A stretch of 63,910 nucleotides of DNA, the filler included, from Octopus bimaculoides (lineage: Eukaryota): NCBI RefSeq assembly GCF_001194135.2. It is 5 parts of 4 records of this genome, joined end to end, with 100 filler letters (N's around TTAATTAATTAA, not from the genome) between each part and the next. Parts side by side here need not be neighbours in the genome. Positions count along the whole stretch, not along the records: positions 16,398 to 47,659 come from NC_068985.1; 4 more parts are not named here. One strand, written 5' to 3'. Below, piece after piece: positions 23,174-35,151 of this stretch. The notes beneath the pieces were generated by a model. That model saw nothing but the letters and a program-made list of their open reading frames with translations, searched no databases and had not been told where the DNA came from. Every line of letters starts with the position of its first letter. The stretch's first letter is position 1. The position numbers and the translations under genes are program-made.

Positions 23174-24335
23174 GGATCTTCACGATGGATTCGGCTGGTA
23201 ACCGAATCCGTCCTACACACGTCGACAGCTGTTCGAAAATGCTCCACAAGTCAGCAATGCCCGGAGATTTGACGAATGCATACAGAACGGCTTTATCGCC
23301 CTACGACACTGTCGGTCGGCAAGGACCTGCTCTCTCTAGATACCGAGCAGCAGGCCCACCGACTTCTTGTTAATCTTTACTCTTGTCACCGCTTCGTACT
23401 CCCTGACGGCAATGCCGATCACCTCGATTTCGGATATATACAATACTATTACGGTGACGTCGTCCGCATAAGCCGACACGAACCTTCCGCATCCTAGTTC
23501 CCGCGGGATATCCCTCGAAACATCCAGTTTCGCAGAAACGGCTCGAAAGCCAACTCGTACTGAAGTGGGGTGAGAGTGAGTTTCCTTGACGGACCGAACG
23601 TGTGATGCTAAACGATTCCGATAGGTGGCCATTTGCTTTGGCCACCGAACATGTCGCTCTGCACTGTAGCGATCCAGCCTCTGAAAACGCAATCGAAACC
23701 GATTGCCGTGATGACAGCATTGGTGGTTCACCCCATCAAAAGATTTCGATTGATCCAAATTGATCAGGGCGCACGCATGCCATGTTCCTAAACCAGCCTC
23801 TCTATAACGTAATGCTTGAGGTAGAGGTTGTCGTAGATAGTTGTTTGAGATAGTGCGTGTCTGTGCGTCACCGACCAGCTTATAGACGACAAACACCAAC
23901 GTCTTGGCTAATATCTTGACCAAGATCTTATAATCTCTGAGCAGCAGAGTTATGGAGTAGGTAATGGCCGTGCTCGTCGTCTTACTGTTGACGCTGTTGA
24001 TGTCTTTGGTGTTGTCTTGCATATTTCGGGGAATTCTACTTCGTAATTGGAATTAAATCCTCTTGCTTTGTTGTTTTTGTTGTACTGTTCATTGTCATAG
24101 TGGCAATGTGGTCCACTGTACTTTGAACCAGTTGAACTTTGCTTTGAACCTGTTTCCTCCCCTTCCGTCTGAGGGTTGAAGGGGGAGGACTCTGAGGTAT
24201 CTTGCAATTCACAACCAAAGCTACCTCTTCCTCTTCTATGTCTCTTAGCAAGGCCATCATCGCCGTGTCTGCTTATAAAATCAGTTTTTTCAAAGTAAAA
24301 TGAAAAGCTTCTTTTCGAAATTGCGCACAAACAAA
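23174..24335 (-). mobile_element. L1/Tx1-like LINE relic: 5' end and ORF1 start joined to RT
   Basis: ITLLLRDYKILVKILA, LINLDQSKSFDGVNH, SVRQGNSLSP, SAYADDVTV. The basic/Thr-rich ORF1-like N-terminus lies at 23965-24260. Confidence 0.8.
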
Positions 24336-25217
24336 CAAACAAACAAACAAACCTATACAATCGTAATGGTTTTAACAAGTGCTTTGTAAAAAAATAAACA
24401 ATTAACAACTTTTGGAGACACGGAGTTTTAAAGAAATTAGACATCAACATGATTTATTCACAATACATTCTGGCAGATTCAAACGTGAAAATCTTATAAG
24501 AGCTTTTTTTTTCCATCGGAGAACACTTCCTTCTTTTCGACTATACGTGCTCATAAAGTATGTGATGCACCGGTGAAAAGGGATTTTGAGACACCACGAT
24601 GTTTAGACCTTGTTGTGTGTTTCCTCAGTCAAAGCTAGAAAAATTATTTGTGATGCGTACTGATGTCTGCTACGAATCTGTTAGAATGTTTAAGAATGCA
24701 TACGTTATTTCATGGATTCTCTTAGTTCTGCGCGTACCCTATGAATATACATACTAAATTCTACAGAAACAAGAAGTCTACAGCAAAAATTTATATATTT
24801 ATTGGTTTGCGTAGCGGCAGGATATTTTCTGAGTCTTAAAGTTTTAGTTTACTCTAGGGATTAAGGCGTATGTCCATAGTATAGTTATTCTAACGATGTT
24901 TGTTGATTAAATAATGATTAAACCTTTTATCAGTTTCAAAATTTTGGTTGTGTTTCAGTGAGTACATTTCTATATAAAACTGAAATCAAAGCAGTGAGTG
25001 AAGTTGTCTCACTGTCGGTAGTTTTGCACCGAGATCGAGATAAACGACTTAATTTGCAGTAAATCTGTTTCTTGACTATTTTTCTCCGTTATCTGCATGT
25101 TACTTAATATTTACATCAATTAGATTTTGATTTGTTTGCAACTTGATAATGCACATAAACATTATTATAGAATACATAACACATATATTCTGAACCAACT
25201 TTGCCGGATCCTCTTAC

Positions 25218-25490
25218 CTGCCACTCTTCATATTTAAAGGTTCTGAAAGCAGAATACTTCCATACAAATCTGACACATTGGTTACTACCACATTCCTGTT
25301 TACTTCAAATTTCAGTCTCCACGGACGCATATTAAAATCAGTCCCAAATTCCCTTGTTGTCACTGCCAGTTTAATTTCATGTATTAACACACGTGGGATT
25401 ATTTCAGCTCAACAAGAATATCTGTCCTGTCCGTAATGTTGCTGTTACTCTCAAACTGTATCAGCGAGAGGTTTGTTTTAATGGTTTGGT
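25218..25490 (-). other. Candidate (pseudo)exon
   Basis: Acceptor TTCCTTCCTTCCAG at 25491 and donor CAG|GTAAG at 25217. Open for 30 plus 66 codons, with one frameshift between the two parts. Confidence 0.25.
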
Positions 25491-25514
25491 CTGGAAGGAA
25501 GGAATGTTGCCGTG

Positions 25515-25785
25515 ATCCTCCTTCAGATCATTGTGGCTGATGTTCTTGAACAGTTAGAGTTGGAAATAGATGAGGAGTTAAATACAAACAACATACATTC
25601 AGGAGAGGACATTTGATACCAGGTTATTACTGGTCTGGAATGAGGCGACAGATAATATTATGAATGAAGGGAGAAGAGAAGAGATGAGTGGTTTGAATGG
25701 ACTTGAATAGACGTGGGACTAGATGAAGCAGACCTGAAGAATAGAGGCCACTGTAGTAGCAATAAAAAAGTAAGAAACTTGGTTT
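25515..25785 (-). mobile_element. Degenerate CR1-like LINE 3' end
   Basis: Minus translation SFLLFYCYYSGLYSSGLLHLVP ... LFKNISHNDL resembles CR1 (Zenon-type) ORF2 C-termini. Confidence 0.5.
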
Positions 25786-26560
25786 CTATCCTACCTGAAA
25801 TTGCCTAATTTCATTAAAACTACCAAAATGGATCCCCGTTGGTCAACAAAGAAGATTCAGTTGATTGATTACCTACTCCTGAATTAGCATATAACTAGCT
25901 GAGCATTCCATAGATACATGTAACCTAAGCATAATTCTGATGCAGAATCAGTGTGACAAAGTGAGCACGTCTATGGCCAAGGGTTGAAGGTATTAGAAAG
26001 TGTCCTCGTGACAACGATTCGCATGACCTATTTTTTTATGCTGTTTAAGATGTTTATATGTGCAAAAATATGTACAAAAGAAAAGGAAGACGGAGGAAAA
26101 AATCATCAACAATCCACATGTAGTTACATTTTGGAATGACTGGAAGTGAATGGACATAGAAAATGTGCTTTCTAAGACAGGAGAGTGTAAGAGAAAATGA
26201 TATCTGTGTGTATATGTGGGTATGTTCGTGCGCGCGTGTGATAGCATGTGTGTGTTGCAGTAACTGAGTGTGTGTGTGTGTCTGTGGTAGTAACTGAGTG
26301 TGTGTGTATGCATAGTGGGGTGGTAACTGTGTGTGTGTTCGAGTGTGTATTGTTTGTGGTATTAGCTGTTTATGTGCGTGTGTGTTGTGTGTGGTATTAG
26401 GTGCTATTATGTGTATGTGTGTGTGTCTGTGATGGTTGTAGGAAGAATTCAGCCGCTATGGTAACAGAAGTGGTGGTCTTTTGTGTAACTGTGTGTTTTT
26501 GCACACGTACGTAGATGGGATGGTCAGAGGTAGGGTGTTTGAGAGGCAATATATATATTA

Positions 26561-26950
26561 TCTTCGAAACGTCAGGTTATAATAGAGACAGCTGATGAAG
26601 GAATATTCCAAGTGGCTTTCTGTTTTCCTATGTGTTCGTTCCGTTGTCTGTAGTTCATTGTTCTAACGTCCTGTACCCTGATATGCATATATATACACAT
26701 GTAGATGTAAGTATGTACATATATGTGTGTATACATGTATATATATTCTTTGTATTATATATATATATATATATATATTTATATTTTTTTCTCCTTGTTT
26801 CTCTCCTTATTTCTTTCTGTGTTCCTTTCAGTTGAAGAGCGTAGCTCGAAACGTCAAAGACTTTCTCTATTCCCGAGCGTTAAACTAACACATCCATTTG
26901 TTGTTTATACCACCTGTCTTCGTCTGTTGTTTTTTTCGTAAATTCTCCCA
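26561..26950 (+). mobile_element. Short non-autonomous element carrying hammerhead-core motifs (probably PLE-derived)
   Basis: GAAACGTC at 26566, CTGATGA at 26592, TTGAAGA-GCGTAGCTC-GAAACGTC at 26832-26855. Tail shared with 6247-6337. Confidence 0.6.
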
Positions 26951-26974
26951 TCTATATATATATGTATGTATGTA

Positions 26975-27180
26975 TGTGTGTGTGTTTCTTTGTGTCTGTG
27001 TTTGTCCCGCTTGACAACCGGTGTTGTTGTGTTTACGTCCTCGAACCCTTAGCGGTTCGGGATAAGAGTCCGATAGAATAAGTACCGGGCTTGAAAAGAA
27101 ATTTAGTTGATTAGTTCAACTAAAATTCTTCAAGGCAGTGCTCCTGCATAACCGCAGTCTAATGACTGAAACATGATAAG
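26975..27180 (+). mobile_element. SINE family B, 3' half
   Basis: Matches the 3' half of the full copies at 43265-44085. Confidence 0.8.
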
Positions 27181-27769
27181 AGACAAAAGATAAATGATAA
27201 TAGTAAGGTCGGTGTGAATTGTAATCTTAAGGCCAAAGGAGCTAAGGGTGTGAGTTAGGTCCTTGCTAAGCCTATCTAAGGTTTCTCATTAACGCCTTCT
27301 AGAGATGGCTAAAGCATCACCTCTGTATAGACTAAAAAGCAATCCTTGTTAAGGTGTCTTGCAAATGTATGCCTATGAGGTCGCAGATATATGTGTAGTC
27401 GAATACCCCAATCACCACATCGGAGGAGCCTACGGGGTCAGTTTGTTTGACCCGGGCCGAAACTTTACTGAACAGCAGTGTTTTTCTAGTGCACGTAATT
27501 ACGTCACTATTACTAATGTCAGTCAAATTTCTAGCGAGCATAAGCACCATAACTTGTAACCCTTTCCATATAAACTGATAAAAAAATCTATCTACTCGTG
27601 TATCAAATGGGGTTAAGCTTGCCCTCTCTCTACTGTGGTTAGTTTAAAACCATGAAATAATTTCATTGGTATTACGCCATAAGGAGAGATTGAGCTTTCG
27701 TTGATCTTTCTCAGTATATGTGTGTGTGTATGTATGTATGTATGTATGTATGTATGTATGTATATGACA

Positions 27770-27910
27770 TGATGTTTCAGTTTTTGACTACCAAATCCAA
27801 TTACAAGGGTTTGTTTGACCTGGGACTTCCCAAGGTTCCTCGCAATGTGACTGAATCGAGAATCATGTGGTTGAGAACCAATGTTCTTATCACACAGCCA
27901 CGCCTGCTTT
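27770..27910 (-). mobile_element. SINE family B, tRNA-like head
   Basis: Reverse complement GCAGGCGTGGCTGTGTGATAAG...GATTCAGTC...CTTGGG, with degenerate box A and box B. Confidence 0.7.
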
Positions 27911-28198
27911 TACACACACACATACACACACGCACACACAAACACACGCATATATATATATATACATTCATTCATACATACATACATACATACATACATA
28001 CATACATACATAATATGTATATAGAAATAAATTCACATTATTTAAATTTTTTTTTATCATATTTTAAATATGCAATGAACACAAACGGTTGGATAACAAC
28101 AATGTGTATTGTATAGGCTCATTATTAAGTGCAGATTTTCAGGAATTTCTCGAAATCTGTCATTCACACAATCCTGTTTAACTGTTCTTACCCAAACA

Positions 28199-28234
28199 AT
28201 GGCGTTTGAGGATTTTAGCTATCAGCAGCCAACA
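28199..28234 (+). CDS. Candidate start-codon exon (MAFEDFSYQQPT)
   Basis: Acceptor-like TTTTCAG at 28142, Kozak-like ACAATGG and phase-0 donor ACA|GTAAGT at 28235, in apparently non-repetitive sequence. Confidence 0.3.
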
Positions 28235-28521
28235 GTAAGTAATCTAAGCTTTCAACATAAACAGAGCACCAAGCCCGACTGTTTCTCATTTCGTTTTAAT
28301 GTTTGAGATGACTCTGCTGTATGGCGAATAACAAAATACAACGGGATCGAGGTGGCACTGTGAACAAGCGATTATCTCGTCGTCGTCTTACTCGCTAGAA
28401 ATAGTAGCCAAATATCCGTCAAACTTGTCACTAGCGTGTTAAAGACAGTGTGTTACACTGGATGAAGTAGAACTAGATATACTATCGCGGAGTAGGGGGA
28501 TAACAAAAAAATTAAAGCGCA

Positions 28522-28657
28522 CGCGTGGCTGTGTAGTAAGAAGCTGGCTTCTTAACCACGTGGTTATGGCACCTTTGGCAAATGTTTTCTATTATAACCT
28601 CCGGACGACCCAAGCCTTGTCAGTGAATTTGGTAGTCGGAAGCTGAAAGAAGCCCGT

Positions 28658-28660
<3 letters not shown>
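28522..28660 (+). mobile_element. SINE family B head with internal deletion
   Basis: GTGGCTGTGTAGTAAGAAGC...CTTTGGCAAATG...GCTGAAAGAAGCCCGT. Confidence 0.75.
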
Positions 28661-28699
<39 letters not shown>

Positions 28700-28702
<3 letters not shown>

Positions 28703-30370
28703 TATATTCTCGACTTAAATTCAAGCCAACATCTCACAATCCTACCTATGCGACAACAAATACTGGCTCCGATACCATCACCAGTCCAATACAAATACAA
28801 ATTACACTTTAGGCTCTGCCCCACTAACTACAAACCAACCAAACTCTAACTCACTAGTAGTAAATCCCAACCTCGGAGCAGGTAGAAACACTTACAACTG
28901 TTGAGCATCTAAATTATGCTCTCTTGCAGGCTCCTATCTACGAAAAAGTCTGATCTACAAGTGCCGTGTTATAATATTCCGCTCCCACCAAGCAAGGGTA
29001 TGTATTGGCAGCACTGTAGATTTCAAGTGCCGCTACCGTGCACCTTCTTTCAAGCGCCGCTACTGTGTACACTCATTCAAGCGCTGCTAGCGTGCACACT
29101 ATTTCACTAATCCAAACTCTAAAGCATCTACCTCCTTAGCAACGTACATACACAACCTGCAAAATACATAAACCACACAAATTGCAAAATATTCCATACA
29201 CCATTTCCTGGTCTATAGTAAGTGAAGCTCCCCCATACAATGCAAATATCGGTAAATGTAAGTTATGTGTAAAAGAACCATTAACCACTCTTCGCCTTCA
29301 CAACTCCTCATTACTCAATAGATTCTCTGATGTTATTTATTCTTGTAATGACAGATGCTACTCAACTTTCAAGTACTTCGCTAAATCTATATAATCCTAT
29401 AATAAGCTTCCATACTCCAAAAAGCCTTAATCTAAAACAAAGTCAGCCTTGCAGCCTACTACTTAATAAATACTAATTCCCCCATCTTATTCCTTCCCAT
29501 ACACACATCTCAAATTTCTTCCTAATCTCCAAATCAACCACTTCCCACTTTCCCCTTAGCCTCTCCACCCTCCCCAATCTCAAACAGTACTTAACAAAAC
29601 CTCACTTTTTTTAACCAATCTATCTCTACCCCTCCTTACGTACCCCTTTATTCATCTTCATACTCCTCCATTTACCACAACTCCCCTTCAATACCAACCC
29701 AATTTCTTTGTCCCAATAACAACTACTTTTGACCACCTTCTAATCCCCCTTAGCTACTGAATTCCCCCAAAAGTAATAACAAGCCCTTTTCACCATATCA
29801 ACCTTTAACTCTATAGCCTTCATACAAACTATCATAAAGGTCATCATTCACATACTACCTAAACCACTTTTCCCTTTCCTCCCACCTTCCACCTCTACTA
29901 CTCTTAGTAACCTCATTATAAACCCTAACTCTGAAATTTATTATTTCTTCCCACTACTCTCTTCTAAACACCCCAACTCCCCTTCCTAACACATTTAGTT
30001 CTCCACAGAATCATTCCATCTTTAAACTCATCTTGTCAATACCTCAAATGTAAGATTCTTCAATGTAAAATTCTCTCCTGAAGACGGAGGTGGTGTTACC
30101 CGATAATGGATCCAAGTAACTATTATTATTCCAAACTAACAAGCTCGCAGAAACAACTGTTGGACTCGTAAAACTTTACCCATTTAACTCCTGATATCAT
30201 TTATATTCTATAAGTCGGACTATTTTATATCCATGTATTTAATATTCTGTGTAAATCGGCCTGCCCAACTTGCTTGTCATTACATTTACTCATCCACCGG
30301 CCCAAGTTCAAATCTCTTCAGTACTTCGAAGTATATTCTATATAGAGAACACCTACCGCTAACCTGTATA
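28700..30370 (+). mobile_element. Second Naiad-type PLE, 3' fragment (linker, GIY-YIG, 3' UTR, degenerate HHR)
   Basis: YNC*ASKLCSLAG..LIYKCRV, CIGST..FKRRY, TSLATYIHNL, WSIVSEAPPYN..CKLC..LLNRFSD. G-poor UTR and CTGAAGA...GAAACAACTGT. Confidence 0.85.
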
Positions 30371-30825
30371 TATNNNNNNNNNNNNNNNNNNNNNNNNNNN
30401 NNNNNNNNNNNNNNNNNNNTATATATATATTCATTTAGTTATGTACGGTTGCTTTTAATATTATTTTTATCATCTTATTTCTGTGCGTGTGCGTGTTAAT
30501 ATATTTGAAAAAAAATTAACCGTTAGATTTACATAAACAGTACTTACTGATAAAATAAACTGTAAATATACCAATTTATTCCTAAATTCTTCTTATTATT
30601 TTTGAGAGTGTGATATGCTAGTAAATTTTACTAGTTAATTAAGAATTATTATCCAAGTTACTCAGTCATAACTGCTGTTTTTAATAACTAAACACTTCTT
30701 TTTATTTACCAATTAAACAAAGTTATTGATTACTGCGTATCACGTGACTATGACGGATTCAATCCACTTAGCATGATACTATAGCTGCATTTTACGTCAT
30801 CAAGATTTGTGTTCAATACATCTTT

Positions 30826-30862
<37 letters not shown>

Positions 30863-31139
30863 GAATGCAAAAAGATAATATTTCAGGAATACATTGATAT
30901 TTACGAAATTATATCTATTATTCAATTAGTATATATTTAATTTGGCATTAATATTATTGTTCATTTTAATTATAATGAAGTTTTTCATAAAAACATATCA
31001 AATTATCTATTTGATAATCAATTTATAATTTTAGTAACTTTTAATTTAACTGTAGTTTTTGAATACATATTTGTAGGCATTCACTCAAGACCCCCCCCCC
31101 CCCATCTTACCGATAAGAAGTCTAGAAGCTAAAATTTGA

Positions 31140-31690
31140 AAAATTTCATCCACACTGGTCGCAATGAATGTTTCCAATTTTATTGGAGTTAGCATGGCTT
31201 ATGTTTTCCCACTTTAGGTCATAATTTTTTTAATTCTCCTTTAAGTTCCAACTAAATTTGCTTAGACTGGTATAAGATGATTTATTTCTGTTTCTAAAAG
31301 TGCATTTATGGTAGGCAATTCGTATTTTCATATAATTCTCCGTAGATCCAATGTAAAAATAGTTTTTACCCTCGGATTCCACTTTACATCGATATACCAC
31401 ATTTTTTTGCTTGCAACAATTTTTAAACAAACATTTATCTTTAAATTTGCAATCACAATATATATCTTTATTTTCACTACTATTTTTACTTTATTTGTCT
31501 TTTATAGAATTGCATTCAATATTATTATTGTTACTTACCCATTATTAATATTCAATTAACTGTATTCAAATGTATCTTAGTTTAATTTTGTTATTTGAAT
31601 TAATTGAGTATGGAAACAATTGTAGGTTGTAAGGAATTGAGGTTATTTATAATTGGAGTTCTATTAATAAATCGATGTCTATCTGTGGAT
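31140..31690 (-). mobile_element. Third Naiad-type PLE fragment (GIY-YIG)
   Basis: YCDCKFKDKCLFKNCCKQKNVVYRCKV..YIGSTEN.MKIRIAYH..TSLSKFSWNLK. Confidence 0.85.
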
Positions 31691-31724
31691 TTCACCATTT
31701 TCTTTTCTCACACACACACATGAA

Positions 31725-32060
31725 GGCACATGTCTCAGTGGTTAGAACGTCAGGCTCGCAGTCGTGGAGTAGTGAGTTCGATTCCCCGACCGGGCTGTGT
31801 GTCGTGTTCTTGAGCATGACACTTTATTTCTCGTTGCCCTAGTTCACTCAGCTGTAGAAATGAGTTGCGACATCACTGGTGCCAAGCTATATTGGCCTTT
31901 GCCTTTCCCTTGGCCAACATCGGTAGCGTGGAGAGGGGAAACTGGTATGCATGGACGATTGCTGATCTTCCGTTAACAGTATTACCTGCGCTTGTGCCTC
32001 GGAGGGGAACTTTCTCGGTGCAACCCCATGGTAATTAATGACCGAAGGGGTCTTTACCTT

Positions 32061-32063
<3 letters not shown>
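31725..32063 (+). mobile_element. tRNA-derived SINE, family C (Meta-domain-like)
   Basis: Box A-like TCTCAGTGGTTAG, box B GAGTTCGATTCCC, central TTCTTGAGCATGACACTTT...CACTCAGCTGTAGAAATGAGT and a (TA)n tail. Confidence 0.8.
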
Positions 32064-32107
<44 letters not shown>

Positions 32108-32211
32108 TTTTATACGTTTTAGCCCTGAGGTTGTAGCCATGCTGAAGCACCGCTAGTATAGATTACTTTTTGAAATTATCCCTTATGATTTTCCAAAGAA
32201 ATTATAGCCAA

Positions 32212-32348
32212 CACTGATTTGTTACGACGTTTCGTCTACGTAAATAATGCGATTGAAGATAGGAAGCTATTTTAGCTATATTTGTATCTTCGATTGCACT
32301 GCTTAATATAAAACATATTTGTATATGAAACGTCGTAATAAAGCAGTG
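32212..32348. repeat. Small hairpin element with 22-bp inverted ends
   Basis: CACTGATTTGTTACGACGTTTC / GAAACGTCGTAATAAAGCAGTG (2 mismatches) plus an inner 13-bp inverted repeat. The left end recurs near 44464-44515. Confidence 0.6.
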
Positions 32349-32479
32349 CTGTTTAATTTCTATACAAAATCTGTAGACATGACTTCAAAATTGATTTAAT
32401 AATACTAACACAAATCAGGCACAGTATTGACTTATAAACACATGCACACACACATACACACACATACACACACTTACAT

Positions 32480-33145
32480 ACATGTTGTTCGGGTTAAGTT
32501 TGAAAACTTTTTAATGTTTCCTTTCTTTTTAGGAACAGCTTGATGTATTGGTGAACAGTTAACAGTGTTGCAGAGCATATAGACTATATCTGAATTATGG
32601 AAAATTATTACATGTATCATGAGAATTCTCGCCGGAAATCAAAATGCCATCATAACTGCTTCTCAATGCTTTCTGAACAGTGTAAAGGCTATAAGCCATG
32701 ATATGGACATCATAAAAGCCGAGTTTGTCCAAACTGTGATGGCTTTGGGTGTGTCTCCAGTGAGGGTGATATGCAACCCCACATCTTTGAACAAGGCCTT
32801 AGGCTCAGTTCAGAAGGCTACGTGAAACTGCTGGAGACAAAAGTAAAACCCTGGCTGGAAAAGGTTGCTGCTGGATGGCCATATGTGGCAGCAAAATTCG
32901 GCTCCTTGCCATACCTTCGGAAAGCGACAAAAACGTTTGTCAAAGAATTTCAGCCCCAGTTTCAGCCCGGTTGAAATCCCATGGATTACTGCACGTGGGG
33001 CGCTATTGAGAAAGACACCAACCGTTCTGTCTGTAACATGAAGGAGGTTTTCAAAGATTTTCTCAGGGACACAGTGATGAATGCCAGCGTCTGGTTCCGG
33101 AGCTGTCTTGGTAGAAACTGAGGGCGGCTTCTCTAAGCAAACCGA
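32480..33145 (+). mobile_element. Tc1/mariner-superfamily (maT-like) transposase relic
   Basis: VMALG.VSSEGD..PHIFEQGLRL...YVKLLETKVKPWLEKVAAG.PYV.QQNSAPCHT...NPMDY..WG.IE, frameshifted. Confidence 0.8.
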
Positions 33146-33575
33146 NNNNNNNNNNNNNNNNNNNNNNNNNNNNNNNNNNNNNNNNNNNNNNNNNNNNNNN
33201 NNNNNNNNNNNNNNNNNNNNNNNNNNNNNNNNNNNNNNNNNNNNNNNNNNNNNNNNNNNNNNNNNNNNNNNNNNNNNNNNNNNNNNNNNNNNNNNNNNNN
33301 NNNNNNNNNNNNNNNNNNNNNNNNNNNNNNNNNNNNNNNNNNNNNNNNNNNNNNNNNNNNNNNNNNNNNNNNNNNNNNNNNNNNNNNNNNNNNNNNNNNN
33401 NNNNNNNNNNNNNNNNNNNNNNNNNNNNNNNNNNNNNNNNNNNNNNNNNNNNNNNNNNNNNNNNNNNNNNNNNNNNNNNNNNNNNNNNNNNNNNNNNNNN
33501 NNNNNNNNNNNNNNNNNNNNNNNNNNNNNNNNNNNNNNNNNNNNNNNNNNNNNNNNNNNNNNNNNNNNNNNNNNN

Positions 33576-33626
<51 letters not shown>

Positions 33627-34269
33627 GTGTGTGTGTATGTGTGTGTGTGTAGCTATCAATATGTATCTATATATTTATATACACCCTTGAGTCACTCTGT
33701 CACTACTGCTGAATATTCATAAAAATATACTTATACTTATTGTTTTGAGTTCTATTCCTGTTTGTATCACCATACCAATATTTATATCCGTATATATCTA
33801 TATCCATATGTATGTATGAATGTACGTATGTATATATGAATGTAAGTATGTGTGCATGTATGTATGGACGACGGTGTGTGTGTGTGAGTGTGGAGGAGTT
33901 GTATGTGTGCAATATTTGACGCAACATATCTCACCCAAATATCTCATTACACCCATATATATATACATGTGTTTATATCAGCAGAAGTTATGAAACAAAG
34001 TTAGTCATAACAATATTAAGTATAATATAATATAATATATTTCATTCATTTCAGATAGTAAAACAATGACTCGTTCCTTTAAGAATGTGTAACTATTGGT
34101 GATACCTTCCTCTACTTGTTTCAGTCATTAGAGTACTGTCATGCTGGGGCATCGCAATGAATGGTTTTAGTCGAACAAATCGACCTCAAAATTTGTTTTT
34201 TAAAGTCTGTTACTCTGTCGGTCCTTTCTCCGAAATGCTAAGTTACAGGAACGTAAGAAAGCGGTGGCA

Positions 34270-35130
34270 TCCCTGAGTTATATTGTTTGTACCTTTTATG
34301 CCCTGTTGATGGTATAGAGAATGGTGGTATTCGTTTGCCAAGTGTGTCGTGCCAGTGAAGTCGACCTATCCACGTAACTTCAACAATTGTCCATTCAGAC
34401 TGGGGTTCATCCACCAAAGAACTGATTGAATTCCTCACTGGTCGTCAGAGCCTCAGAAGTTTGAATAACATTTTCGGGTGGAACATAGGCTAGATATGAA
34501 AAATAAATAGATAAAAGCACTGCCATAATGAAAATTTTCCATCTCCTTCCTATTAAAATATGTGTAAACAAGTTTGTAGTTTTTCCGACAGAGACATTGG
34601 CTGAGATGAACAAAAGCAGGCAGGCATAAATTCACTTGCGAAGTCAGTCCAAAATCGTACCGCACATAATCGTTTATAGATCGAAACTTAGCCGTAATTT
34701 TTTTTTTTAAATAGCAAATTTGCTTGGTAAGTTGTCACAATTCTAACTGACAGTAATGCATAAATGACTGACAATGTTTGGTTAAAGAAGGCATGGGAGA
34801 CCATTTTCGAGAAGCGGACCTCATGAGAGATGGCTCAACATCAGGCAGGCCGCACTACTATATAAATTCAAGATAATTTCTCATTAAGTGTGATATGGTG
34901 AAGGTTTTTTTTTTTGCCCATGACTGGATCAAAGGAAATGTTGAGCAGTTGCGCGGTCAAATATTCCTTTCCAGCTCCAGTCTGTAAGACGGTCTCTCTG
35001 CTGAGCTTCAGAACCCATTGTGTACCAGGTTCAGAATCTTGTTTTAGAAAATTCCTGTCTCCTGTATCCAAATGGACAAATGTATTTGGAATTATCAGGT
35101 TGTCTAACGATTCTAGCTGTCTCACGATCT
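34270..35130 (-). mobile_element. MULE (Mutator-like) transposase relic
   Basis: Across frames, in the expected order: LIIPNTF..FLKQDSEPG, VIYALLS, FVHLSQCL.RK, LAYVPPENVIQ, TWIGR..RIPPFSI. Confidence 0.72.
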
Positions 35131-35151
35131 ACTTTTTAAAAATTACGAACC

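Noticed and set aside
28898-28912. TGA next to the YNC motif in the second Naiad as possible selenocysteine
   Set aside because: It follows the Cys at a usually Arg position, so CGA-to-TGA decay is the simpler explanation, and the copy is degenerate.
31725-31800. tRNA gene at SINE heads (families A, B, C)
   Set aside because: Box A and box B are present, but no full cloverleaf is evident and each continues into a SINE body.
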